53,879 nt of DNA, filler included, from Stramenopiles sp. TOSAG23-3 (GCA_900128585.1; 4 parts of 4 records of this genome joined end to end with filler, not necessarily neighbours in it); one strand, 5' to 3'. Positions 44,744-53,879 are shown, counted from the whole stretch's first letter. Notes: generated from the letters alone by a model not told the origin. A program made the numbers and translations.

Positions 44744-44970
44744 TTTTAGAATATTAATATATAAATAGTTTCATTACAAATAAAATGCCAGTTCGTGAGT
44801 ATTCGTGCAGTCCCAGTCAGGTCATAAGTGCTGTCTTTTTCACGTTCACCGATATGATACATGTAGTCTTTCATTATTTAAGAGATGTACCATATGGTAA
44901 TCGTGTTGTAGGGTAGGGTTTATGTACCAAATAATCCCATGTACCAATTGGTACACGTGTTAGAGTTAGG

Positions 44971-45594
44971 TTATAATTCAGTACGTTCGTCAGTACGTTC
45001 GTGGACATAGTTTAGAAATCCTATTTCGCGATTCAACGTTTCCACGCCCACTGTTTTCTCGTCGCTTAATTTCTTGTACTGATTTTGCAATTCTTGTACT
45101 TGTTCGGTAAACATCTGTTCGACTTGCTGAAGCTCTTTTTCGTACGCTTGTTTCCGAACAGTTCGTTCCGTCTCCGATAGCTTTTTTATCTCTTCGATTT
45201 TGGTCTTTTCGTCTTCACTACACAAAGCAATATCATCGAAACATGAATCCTCCAGTGTGTTTTTCACGAAAGTTTCCAGAGCGTTGTAGTCTCGACCACT
45301 CTGGTATGCTTTCCACCCGAAGCCGTCGTTGTACTTTATCGTTGGGTATCCTTTGACTCCTTGTTCTTGGCACAGTTCGACTTCCACGGTACAATCCACT
45401 TCGCCAATAAGAACATTAACGTTTTCTGCCAATTTATCCCATTCTGGTTTAAGTCGTTTGCAATGGCCGCACCATGGAGCACGGAAAGCTACGAGGGCTT
45501 TCTTTCCAGAGGTAGCATCTTTGAAGTCAGATTGTTTTAGGTATACGGTGGCGTGTGCGGTGCAAGCAAGAATAAGTAGAATAATAATTTTCAT
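44971..45594 (-). CDS. Protein disulfide isomerase-like thioredoxin with signal peptide and ER-retention-like RTEL
   Basis: MKIIILLILACTAHA; APWCGHCK; EVDCT..GVKGYPTIKY; coiled tail ending RTEL. Confidence 0.9.
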   Translation of the reverse strand: MKIIILLILACTAHATVYLKQSDFKDATSGKKALVAFRAPWCGHCKRLKPEWDKLAENVNVLIGEVDCTVEVELCQEQGVKGYPTIKYNDGFGWKAYQSGRDYNALETFVKNTLEDSCFDDIALCSEDEKTKIEEIKKLSETERTVRKQAYEKELQQVEQMFTEQVQELQNQYKKLSDEKTVGVETLNREIGFLNYVHERTDERTEL

Positions 45595-45627
45595 TTTATT
45601 ACAAAAGTGGAGTCTTATATAGTATGA

Positions 45628-45864
45628 TTAATATTCGTACAGTCGATTTGGTTGCAGTTCCCTTACGTATTCGATTTGGTTGGTGAATACGTTAAGTTTG
45701 CAAACGGTTCGTGGTACCATAGTGTACAGTAACGGGTTCAAATGATAGTAGGTTGGTTTTTCTTTCGTATGGTTTAGAGGACGGTAGTGTTTCATTTGAT
45801 TTAGGTTACTGTGATTTATATAGTACCACAACAAATGCAAAGCACATAAACATGCATCCGACAA
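45628..45864 (-). CDS. Hypothetical viral protein (78 aa)
   Basis: Fits the packing of co-oriented genes; TATA-like sequence upstream. Confidence 0.45.
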   Translation of the reverse strand: MSDACLCALHLLWYYINHSNLNQMKHYRPLNHTKEKPTYYHLNPLLYTMVPRTVCKLNVFTNQIEYVRELQPNRLYEY

Positions 45865-45898
45865 CGACGATTCCGGCCCACATTTATGCGATGTACCT

Positions 45899-46306
45899 TC
45901 ATATATATACTTCGACTAGAGAGTCTTCCGCCGCTGCCGTGAGCAACCAAACAAGTGGATTATTATCTTGTGTGTATCGTGATTGTTTTTTTTTTCGCTT
46001 TTGGTACTCCTTGGCTTTACAGTCTTTGCAATGACCCGCTCTGCCATCGCAGTTACTGTTCCTTCTCGGGAATTCCGACATGGGTTTCAGTCTGTCACAG
46101 TGTTTACATACTTTTTGGTCGTTTACATCAATCTTACGTTCCTTCCGTAACTGTACGAGTCTCATCACACGCTTCTTTTCTTGCTCTTTAGTGCATGGTT
46201 TACATAAGTATTTTAAACCATCGCACGTTCCTCGATGACTGTAAAAGTTTGTTTGTGGCAAGGTCTCTTTACAACCGGAACAACACTTGTACTTAATTCT
46301 TGGCAT
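45899..46306 (-). CDS. Double Zn-ribbon protein related to the HNH N-terminal domain, with no nuclease domain
   Basis: CSGC..F..DGLKYLCKPC and CKHC..EF..DGRAGHCKDC. Confidence 0.7.
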   Translation of the reverse strand: MPRIKYKCCSGCKETLPQTNFYSHRGTCDGLKYLCKPCTKEQEKKRVMRLVQLRKERKIDVNDQKVCKHCDRLKPMSEFPRRNSNCDGRAGHCKDCKAKEYQKRKKKQSRYTQDNNPLVWLLTAAAEDSLVEVYI

Positions 46307-46339
46307 AATCACGTATATAAATATAGATGTTATTTATAA

Positions 46340-46567
46340 ATGCCTTTACTATTTGTAAACGGAGAGAATGAAAAAATTAGTTTCAGTCTTAGTCGTCAAG
46401 AATGCTTGGAATTGGAATTGGCGTTTAATAAATCTGAAAAGGGTAAAGAATGGAGGGACTTAGGCGACGAGCTGTATAACTTTTATGTTAATAAAGGAAA
46501 TGAAAGTGTTGTGTTAAACAACACAAAGTACAACTACTTGTTGAAACTAAGCGAAAATTGTGGCTGA
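46340..46567 (+). CDS. Hypothetical viral protein (75 aa)
   Basis: ATG about 25 nt after GTATATAAATA. Confidence 0.55.
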   Translation: MPLLFVNGENEKISFSLSRQECLELELAFNKSEKGKEWRDLGDELYNFYVNKGNESVVLNNTKYNYLLKLSENCG

Positions 46568-46632
46568 GATCGGTTGGGATGTATGTACCAAATGGGATTT
46601 TTTGTATATAAATTAACTACCTTACTATTAAT

Positions 46633-47028
46633 ATGTCATACGGGACAAAGTATGGTCGCAATAGGATTGAGCGTGCTACACGCATGTACAAAGAGAGACC
46701 ACCTGATGGGATGGTAAAACCAGAGGCAGAAATTAAGAGGTTCAGAGCATTAAGAATAAACGCCCATTTTGGTTATGGTAGGTACGTAGAGGACCTTACA
46801 CGCCCTGAGATTGAGACAAGGGACTTTATTGTGGTTCGATCGCAAAAAACCTCCAACACACACAAGAAATATTACTTTATTGAGTTATTGTCCCCAGAAG
46901 CAATTAAAACCCGTGCAAGAAGTGGATATTTAGGTTACTGTACTTGTAAAGATAGAAATCCAAACTGCAAACACAAACTCGCAATCCGTTTCACAGTAAG
47001 ACAATACATTTACAATTTACGTTATTAA
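46633..47028 (+). CDS. SWIM zinc-finger protein
   Basis: YCTCKDRNPNCKHKLAI (CxC-xn-CxH). Confidence 0.7.
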   Translation: MSYGTKYGRNRIERATRMYKERPPDGMVKPEAEIKRFRALRINAHFGYGRYVEDLTRPEIETRDFIVVRSQKTSNTHKKYYFIELLSPEAIKTRARSGYLGYCTCKDRNPNCKHKLAIRFTVRQYIYNLRY

Positions 47029-47029
47029 T

Positions 47030-48148
47030 ATGTTGAAATTTCAATACACCGAACTCCCGCACAATGCATCCGAATTCCACGCAATGGTGCAAATCACCGC
47101 GAATACCGTCATCGACGCGGTAAAACCCCCGGTGTCCATGTTGTACGTCATTGATACCCCTGTGGATGTCTCTCTACTACGCAAGACAATGGAAGAATCG
47201 TTGAAATTCATACGTGCAGTAGACCAAATTTCAATCATAAGCGACAAGGTTATCGTACCATGGACCTACTGTACCGACGTGAACAAGGAGCATGTCTTGA
47301 ATTATATCACGCACACAAAAAGACATCCCGACTTTACAAACCTTATTCTGTACGCGGTAGAGCATTGTAGAGGTCACTCCAACGCGCACATGGCAGTGTT
47401 GACCGACACCCAAGAAGGGAACATCGACGATATTGACATTGTTTCATCGGTACCGGTAAGAATTCACACGATGGGGTACAACAAGCACAACAGTACCTTA
47501 CTGAAAGAGTTGGCAGACTATGGAAAAGGTACTTATAACTTTCTTCAAAGCATGCGAGAGGTCCCCATCGCGTTCGGTAGTGTACTTGGTGCAGCATTCA
47601 GCACAGTATTGCGGGGTGTCACGTTAAGAATAAAAAGTGACACATTGATCACCGACTCCATGAGATACGTTGGCGATGTCTATGCAGACGAGAAAAAACA
47701 AATTCTTATACCGTGTACAATCGACAAAACAATTACATCATCGATGGAACATCACACATTGAAAGTCACGGTAACTGGCATCAACGTCATTTCCAAGCAG
47801 AGAATTGAAATACCACTCGAGAAAACGATTGTTTCTGGATGGGACAACATGCAAGACGAGTCCGTGACAAAACGGTTAGAAGAAATGCGAGTGGTGAACG
47901 AGTTGAGAAAAGCAAGGGAATCGAACGAGACCGTGACGATGTTGCAACGGATAAGCACTTCTCTGGTCACCTTACAAGAAGATATTCGGATGATAATCGA
48001 ACACAACGGATTGACACCATTAATACAACGCACTGAACTGGAATACAAAGATCAACGCGACAATCGGTCGGACGAATTCGTATCCGACTATCGAACCCCC
48101 TTCAGGATGTGGGTGGCGCGCGAACATGAAAATTATGTGAATCAGTAA
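47030..48148 (+). CDS. von Willebrand factor A domain protein (degenerate MIDAS)
   Basis: MLYVID, VLTD, IHTMGY..H..LLKELADYGKGTYNF, FGSVLG..STV, VGDVYADEKK. Confidence 0.7.
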   Translation: MLKFQYTELPHNASEFHAMVQITANTVIDAVKPPVSMLYVIDTPVDVSLLRKTMEESLKFIRAVDQISIISDKVIVPWTYCTDVNKEHVLNYITHTKRHPDFTNLILYAVEHCRGHSNAHMAVLTDTQEGNIDDIDIVSSVPVRIHTMGYNKHNSTLLKELADYGKGTYNFLQSMREVPIAFGSVLGAAFSTVLRGVTLRIKSDTLITDSMRYVGDVYADEKKQILIPCTIDKTITSSMEHHTLKVTVTGINVISKQRIEIPLEKTIVSGWDNMQDESVTKRLEEMRVVNELRKARESNETVTMLQRISTSLVTLQEDIRMIIEHNGLTPLIQRTELEYKDQRDNRSDEFVSDYRTPFRMWVAREHENYVNQ

Positions 48149-48183
48149 TTTCAAAATATAAAGGTAGCGTACGATTATAATAT

Positions 48184-48849
48184 ATGAGTAAATCTTCTAA
48201 TCCGTTTTTAAGTCTATACAACAAGTATTTATGGCAGTATAAGTGCGACGGCGTTGGTGATAATTTTACCGAACAGTTAGCGTTTAAGCTTGTTGGAGAG
48301 TTAACTATGGGCGTTTTACTCTCAAAACCGGCCATGATGTTTTGGGAAGCCATGAACGCATCGATGCAGACTGGAAGTATGGGCGTAAAAGCTGCGGAAG
48401 AAGCCTTATTAGCAGTCACAAAAGCAAAAGAAACGGTATGTGGGTTGGTAACGGCAGAATCGGATGGCTGGTTCGATCTCTTAAAGGGGTACATCACTCC
48501 AGCACGAGTCGCTAGTGAATCTGCAAACGAGTTTTGTTATGTCCAAGAAAAATATGAAATTGAAATGAAAAGAGCGTTGAATATAGCGGTTCGTGAACAG
48601 GTTACAGGAATCTTAAGTTATATTACTACTTTGTATAAAACAGGTGGGCTTGTTCAAACCGTACTCAATTCATCGGTAGCTACTACCATTGGAGCTATTA
48701 GTGTATACCGACACGACCTTGTCTGTGCATTTGCAGCAATGTGGAAATCTTTATGGGATAAGGTTTGGAACGGCGTCCCGCTCGATAGAGTAAAATGTAG
48801 CGAAACCGAAGATTATCTCGTCGGAAACCCACAGTCATTGAAATTATAA
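48184..48849 (+). CDS. Hypothetical viral protein (221 aa)
   Basis: ORF with ATATAAAG upstream. Confidence 0.7.
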   Translation: MSKSSNPFLSLYNKYLWQYKCDGVGDNFTEQLAFKLVGELTMGVLLSKPAMMFWEAMNASMQTGSMGVKAAEEALLAVTKAKETVCGLVTAESDGWFDLLKGYITPARVASESANEFCYVQEKYEIEMKRALNIAVREQVTGILSYITTLYKTGGLVQTVLNSSVATTIGAISVYRHDLVCAFAAMWKSLWDKVWNGVPLDRVKCSETEDYLVGNPQSLKL

Positions 48850-49095
48850 CTCACCTTTCATCATTCCTTCTTTTGTTATGTTGATAAAGTGTTGAAAAAA
48901 CCCCTTGAGCATGCTAATGTCTACCTGTTCACCATAAACGCGAAAGACAACGTAGAATTTTGCTATCAGTATGATAATACACACCTCAACAAACTTAAGT
49001 GTCCAGAGTGTGATCGGGATACAGTAACGAAACTGGTAATGAACGATAACAAAGGTTAAGATAAACGCAATTAACCAACCTAATTCTTCCAACAT
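48844..49095 (-). CDS. Small two-TM membrane protein (83 aa)
   Basis: Two hydrophobic stretches; its TATAAAAG overlaps the HNH copy 5 stop. Confidence 0.6.
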   Translation of the reverse strand: MLEELGWLIAFILTFVIVHYQFRYCIPITLWTLKFVEVCIIILIAKFYVVFRVYGEQVDISMLKGFFQHFINITKEGMMKGEL

Positions 49096-49120
49096 GGTAT
49101 ATATTATATTTTAAATGCTT

Positions 49121-49608
49121 TTATACGTTATTTATCCATCTACACCCATTCCACACACGGTTGTAGATAATTGTATCTTTTTTGCTTATGTTCTCCGAAG
49201 CCCACATGGGCTGTAAGTTGGTGTAATGGAAACACTGTCTCTGTTGTTCCGGATCGGTTAAATCGAAGGACGCACATGGCATCATATGATCGACGTGCCA
49301 TTCGTTTTGGTTTTCCCATGTCATTCCGGGTTGAAATTGACTTTGTAGATGGTCTTTTAGATGTGGTATGGAACAGCCCAACAATGCCATTGTACTCGCA
49401 CTCTTAGTCTTGCCTTTGAGTGCATGCCGTAAGCGTCTACGTAAAATACAAGCAAGTCGGAACTGTGGATCGTTCTTTCTACGTTCCCTTTCCCGTGCAT
49501 TGGCTCGTTTCTTGTATTCTGGGCTTTGTCTGATCTTCCTCGCTGATGCACGTACTTTCTCCCGGTTGTTTTCTCGATACTTCCTTACGGATGCCTTGCA
49601 TTTCTCCC
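49121..49608 (-). CDS. HNH-type endonuclease copy 5, 5'-truncated by the contig end
   Basis: Open frame from the contig edge: EKCKASVRKYRENNREK..DPQFRLACILRRRLRHALKG..WHVDHMMP..HYTNLQPMW; C-terminus identical to copy 1. Confidence 0.8.
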
Positions 49609-50064
49609 NNNNNNNNNNNNNNNNNNNNNNNNNNNNNNNNNNNNNNNNNNNNTTAATTAATTAANNNNNNNNNNNNNNNNNNNNNNNNNNNNNNNNNNNN
49701 NNNNNNNNATTATTTTTTTATCCTTCTACTTCTTTCTCCTTTTTTAGCTTCCTTTCTCCTTTCTCCTCCTCCCCTCTGCCCTCTGCCACTTTCTTCTTCT
49801 CTCTTTTTTTTTTTGCTAAACCCCGCCCCTGATGCGGCGGCGGTGGGGTACGTTTTTTATCTGTCCTCCCGCCCCCTTGTTCTTCGGTTATTCACCGTTC
49901 TTTATTATTATTAAAATTGTTATTTTTATAATTTGTACTATTTTATAACAAAGAAGAATTCAGAGATAAATGAACAATGACCAATGAACGAATTGGTTGA
50001 CATTTAATCATTGTTTACTATTTACCACTTGTTTTCTTCTCCTGCACAATTGGCAATATTGACA

Positions 50065-51114
50065 ATGCTGTCATCATACCTGGTTGCCTCCTTTATGGTG
50101 GCGGCGGTAGTGGCAGACATTGACTCGACCCCGGTGTTCACGCCGAATTTGGCAAACGTGTCATGCTACCGTATCCCTTCGGTAGTACAAACAAACTCTG
50201 GTGTCCTGCTGGCATTTGCAGAGGCAAGGCATGGGTCGTGTGGGGACAACGAGGTGCACGAGATTGCGCTGCGAAGGAGCATGGACGGAGGTGAAACGTG
50301 GGGGAAGGTAAGCTTTCCCGTCGGAAACAAAACGTACTGGGTTGGCAACCCCGCAGCAGTGGCGCGTGAGGACGGCGCTGTGGTGGTGGTGTTTGCCAAG
50401 CACGACGCCGGGTGCACGGGTGACTGTGCCACGGGTAACGGGGTCGTTCACTCCGCCGATGGTGGTGTTACTTGGTCCGAGGTTGAAGACCTATCTTCTC
50501 AGCTAGGTGTGGCGAAAGGCGGGCTCCCCGGTCCGGGCACTGCGCTGGAACTCTCTCCAACCCACCCCACACACCCCCGACGGCTTCTTATTGTCTCGCA
50601 TATGAGAGCCTACGTTCACGATTTTGTTTCGTACTCGGACGATGGGGGCATCAGTTGGACCACGAATGTGCGGCCGTTTCCAAAGATGGACGAAGCAGCG
50701 CTCACTGAACTTCCCAATGGATCCGTAATGCTAAACATGCGTCACCAAAGAGAATCGACCCTGGGCAGGGGCGTGTCCATCAGCCGCGACGGCGGGGACA
50801 CGTTCGGCGAAGTGGCGTACGACAGGACCCTGATCGGTCCGGTGTGCCAGGCCAGCATTGTAAGCTTCAACGGTGCGACTTACTTTAGCAACCCAGCAGA
50901 CGCGCACGGGAGAGATAAAATTACCATTCGTCGCAGCCAGGACAATGCCGTGACGTGGGAAAGTAGTCTTCTCGTCCACGGGGGAAAGACATTTGGGTAC
51001 TCGTGCCTTGTCAAAGGGGCGCTCCTGAAGCGAGGGGGGGGGCAGTCTGGCGGGATCCTGTTTGAAAGCGCAAAAGAGACTGTGGCGTTTGCTGAGTTCT
51101 CGCTGGGGTTTTAG
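50065..51114 (+). CDS. Secreted sialidase/neuraminidase (GH33, BNR/Asp-box propeller)
   Basis: YRIP motif; five Asp boxes (SMDGGETW, SADGGVTW, SDDGGISW, SRDGGDTF, SQDNAVTW); DEAA, NMR, GYS; signal peptide. Confidence 0.9.
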   Translation: MLSSYLVASFMVAAVVADIDSTPVFTPNLANVSCYRIPSVVQTNSGVLLAFAEARHGSCGDNEVHEIALRRSMDGGETWGKVSFPVGNKTYWVGNPAAVAREDGAVVVVFAKHDAGCTGDCATGNGVVHSADGGVTWSEVEDLSSQLGVAKGGLPGPGTALELSPTHPTHPRRLLIVSHMRAYVHDFVSYSDDGGISWTTNVRPFPKMDEAALTELPNGSVMLNMRHQRESTLGRGVSISRDGGDTFGEVAYDRTLIGPVCQASIVSFNGATYFSNPADAHGRDKITIRRSQDNAVTWESSLLVHGGKTFGYSCLVKGALLKRGGGQSGGILFESAKETVAFAEFSLGF

Positions 51115-51419
51115 AGGGGCGAAGAATGGCCGGTATGTTTTAAATTTGCGTGTAGCGTAAGTTTTCTTTAATTAAAACCGTATTTCTTTAAATTAAAAAA
51201 CAAGTTCGTGAGATAATTTCCTGGGATAGGAAGCCCAATGTTTAATTTAATTGAAAGAAAGATCGATGGGAACTACGCTCTCACGCACATGAGATGCAGT
51301 TGAATATTTGTCTTGCACTACGCCTGACCTCCTGTCCCTGCCCATTTCGTTGACTTGTTTTTGTCGGTACAGGTACCCGCACGGTGCCGCCATATCAAGT
51401 GATACGTAAAAGTATATCT

Positions 51420-52045
51420 TTAGATTTCCGGGCCAGCGCTCCTTCTGCGAGTATACACGAGAGCTTTTTTGATCCAGTTTGTATCTTCTTCCGAGTCTGT
51501 TTCGGACTTGACGTCTCGCAACTTTGCACGTAATCTTTTGTCCCCGCGCAGTTCTTGGAGAAGGATTGCCTTGCTTGGATGCAACTTCAAAGTTTTTAAA
51601 TTGAGACCACTTTCGTTCAGCTGCTTCTTAACTTTGGTTTTGGAGATGTCCATCACTGGGTTTGCCAAATTGGCTTGATAAAATCCTTCGATATTCTGGT
51701 TTAATTCCCGTCGCAACTCCTTTAGAATCGCACGCTTACTATCGNNNNNNNNNNNNNNNNNNNNNNNNNNNNNNNNNNNNNNNNNNNNTTAATTAATTAA
51801 NNNNNNNNNNNNNNNNNNNNNNNNNNNNNNNNNNNNNNNNNNNNTATCGCTTCCCCCGCGTACTTTTTCTCGTAAGTCTCCGCAGTTTCGCTCTCCTCAG
51901 CTTCATGCTCTGACGCCACTTTCGCCCCTGGATTGTGCGCCTTGGCCGAAGATTCCGTGCCCCCATTATTTTGCCTTCTCATTTCCTGCATAATGTCAAA
52001 GAATTCATCCGCACCATCGTTGTAGTAGCTATCCATTTCCCGCAC
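51420..52045 (-). CDS. Partial hypothetical protein; coding fragments on both sides of a spacer
   Basis: Minus-strand open frames 52045-51845 and 51744-51420 both abut the gap. Confidence 0.4.
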
Positions 52046-53879
52046 TCACTGGTGTTTCAAAAGCACGCTTTCAACAGAGGCAAAGCAAAAATGTGTTCTT
52101 GCAGACAATATTATCCACACAATCGCGCGCGCACAGACAGACACAATCGCTACCCTTAAGCAATACTCTTATATACAGTTGAATTGGTTATCCATTCCTC
52201 TCTTTACATTAATTAAACTTATATTTTTTTTTCTGTTTGTGGTATGGGTAATATATATATCAAGAGAATTACTTTATTACAATTATTTATTATAAGATTT
52301 TCTCGAACATTTTTTTTTTAGCGAAGAAGAAGAAAGAAGAAGAACCAGAAAAAGAAGAAGATACCAGAAAAAGAAGCAGCACCGCACCACGCACGCCCGA
52401 CAGAGGTGGGGGTATTAATAACAGGTATACAGTATAGAATGAAAAATGCTATTCAGGATGGATGGTGGTGGAGTGAAGAAGTAGTTGAGTTTTTTTGTAT
52501 TTTTGTTGAAAAAAAATACCCTATTTTTAATTAAAATTTTTATATTTTTTTATTACTGTATTTTAAATTTATTATTATTCTTCTGAATGAATAATCATTT
52601 TTTTAATTTTTAATAATCTCTGCTCTTTTTCTGCTCTAGGTTTTTTCTGTTCTCCTTTTTTCTGTTCTCCTTTTTTTCTTCTCAAAAATGGTTAAAAAAT
52701 ATATTATTTATTAGACGTATATTATTATTGGAAATAGTCGTCTAATTAAAAAAAAAGGAAGAAGAAAAGAGGGAAAATAATAATACACGAAATGGGGGGA
52801 GTTTTGTTTTTTTCTCTTGTGCGTATACGTTACGTCACGTCACGTCACGCGTCATGCACAGCTCCTCGTTGAATTGCTGCATTATACGGTATTAATAATA
52901 TTATACAGGTACGAGACTCCTCGTACGGTAGGGCTGGTAAATAATTAAAAACCACTGCAGCAATTGTATTATTATATATTATACGTAGACGACTAGCAAC
53001 GGTAGAGAGAGTATTGAGTTTATTATCAAGGTAATCAATAGTCGTCTACGTAGTAGTTCTAGTAAGTCTTAATCCTAATAATTTTAAACTGTTGAATACG
53101 AGCGAGGTAAAGCGTTGTTGAAAAAGACCCTAACATACCTAGTCTAATAACCCTGTTGTAGTTAATATATTTTAATAATAAAGAAGGTCTCCTTCTTTTC
53201 TCTTCTCTCTATTATTAATAATAATAAGAAGAAGAAAAGAAGTATAAATTCCATCATCATCTCAAAAAAAGAAAAGTAGAATAAAAATTAAAACTCTTAC
53301 CACGATCTTATCCATTCGAAAGCCGACCCTGTAACGCATATATGTTGATTAATTTTCATTTGAAACCGAAAAATCTCGTGTTTAGGGAGAGGAATACAAC
53401 CTAGTTCCATTTACTTTGGCAAAATGTATGCTATCGGCAGAATACAGTTTTTTTTAGTACTTACCACGTACTTGACCACTTGGCAGTATGTTGCTGAAGC
53501 GGGGCTACCTTGTGTCAGTGACGCAGAGTGTGTGGCGATGTCCTATACTGACATATCCCCGTACGAAGGCGTGAGTAACGATGAAGGTGCAAAATGTGGA
53601 GACGGTTTGTGGAGATTTGAGACCCATAAGTCATGTCAACTTTCTTGTTCAACCGATCAATTCTGCAGAGACAAATTGGGGGCCTGCCCCGCCCCCCAAT
53701 GTACATGGGACTGTGTTCAGGGAAGGTGTGAAATGTCAAACCTAGCAACTGTGGCACCCTGCGCTTTAGGCGATTGTTCCTCCAATAGTGATTGTTGCGC
53801 TGGAACTGCGGGGTATTCCCGTTGCTTAACCGCTGGAGTGGCCGCGTCAAATAAGTGCGTTATGGGTGGGGCTGCCCTC

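Larger units (their letters stand above)
24855..49608. mobile_element. Large eukaryotic dsDNA virus genome fragment (mirusvirus-like or nucleocytovirus-like); free or endogenous status unknown
   Basis: About 26 tightly packed genes with 20-40 nt spacers or overlaps; divergent RPB1, AAA+ helicase-like protein, SSB, dNMP kinase, multiple virus-type HNH genes, many ORFans; organisation unlike the flanking contigs. Confidence 0.85.

Noticed and set aside
53515-53850. 111-aa ORF at the window end
   Set aside because: Non-ATG start and no motif; another minus frame open from the window edge is equally plausible

Overview
Protist (probably stramenopile) assembly made of four contigs joined by artificial 100-nt N44-TTAATTAATTAA-N44 spacers (24755-24854, 49609-49708, 51745-51844). 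Contig 1 (1-24754) is ordinary, nearly intronless eukaryotic DNA. It carries AP-4 sigma (one 58-nt intron), AMP deaminase, a PROSER3-like ORF, an INCENP-like SAP/IN-box gene split by a homopolymer frameshift, a GPD1 homologue lacking both catalytic lysines, an EF-hand protein, dispersed AT-rich repeats and two inverted-repeat elements. Contig 2 (24855-49608) is a gene-dense fragment of a large eukaryotic DNA virus. Its features best fit a nucleus-replicating mirusvirus-like lineage, but Nucleocytoviricota is not excluded because no capsid genes are present. It encodes a streamlined RPB1-like polymerase whose catalytic NADFDGD motif is split by a 58-nt GT-AG spliceosomal intron and which ends in a YSPTSPA CTD plus an NLS. 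It also encodes an MCM-like AAA+ protein divergent from a gp2.5-like SSB around a repeat-rich candidate origin, five free-standing Zn-ribbon/HNH endonucleases, dNMP kinase, a BT1 folate transporter, a bestrophin-like channel and an ER-retained PDI. A TATA box lies about 25-35 nt before almost every ATG. Contigs 3-4 carry a GH33 sialidase and partial ORFs. All family calls come from motif recognition by eye, not database searches.
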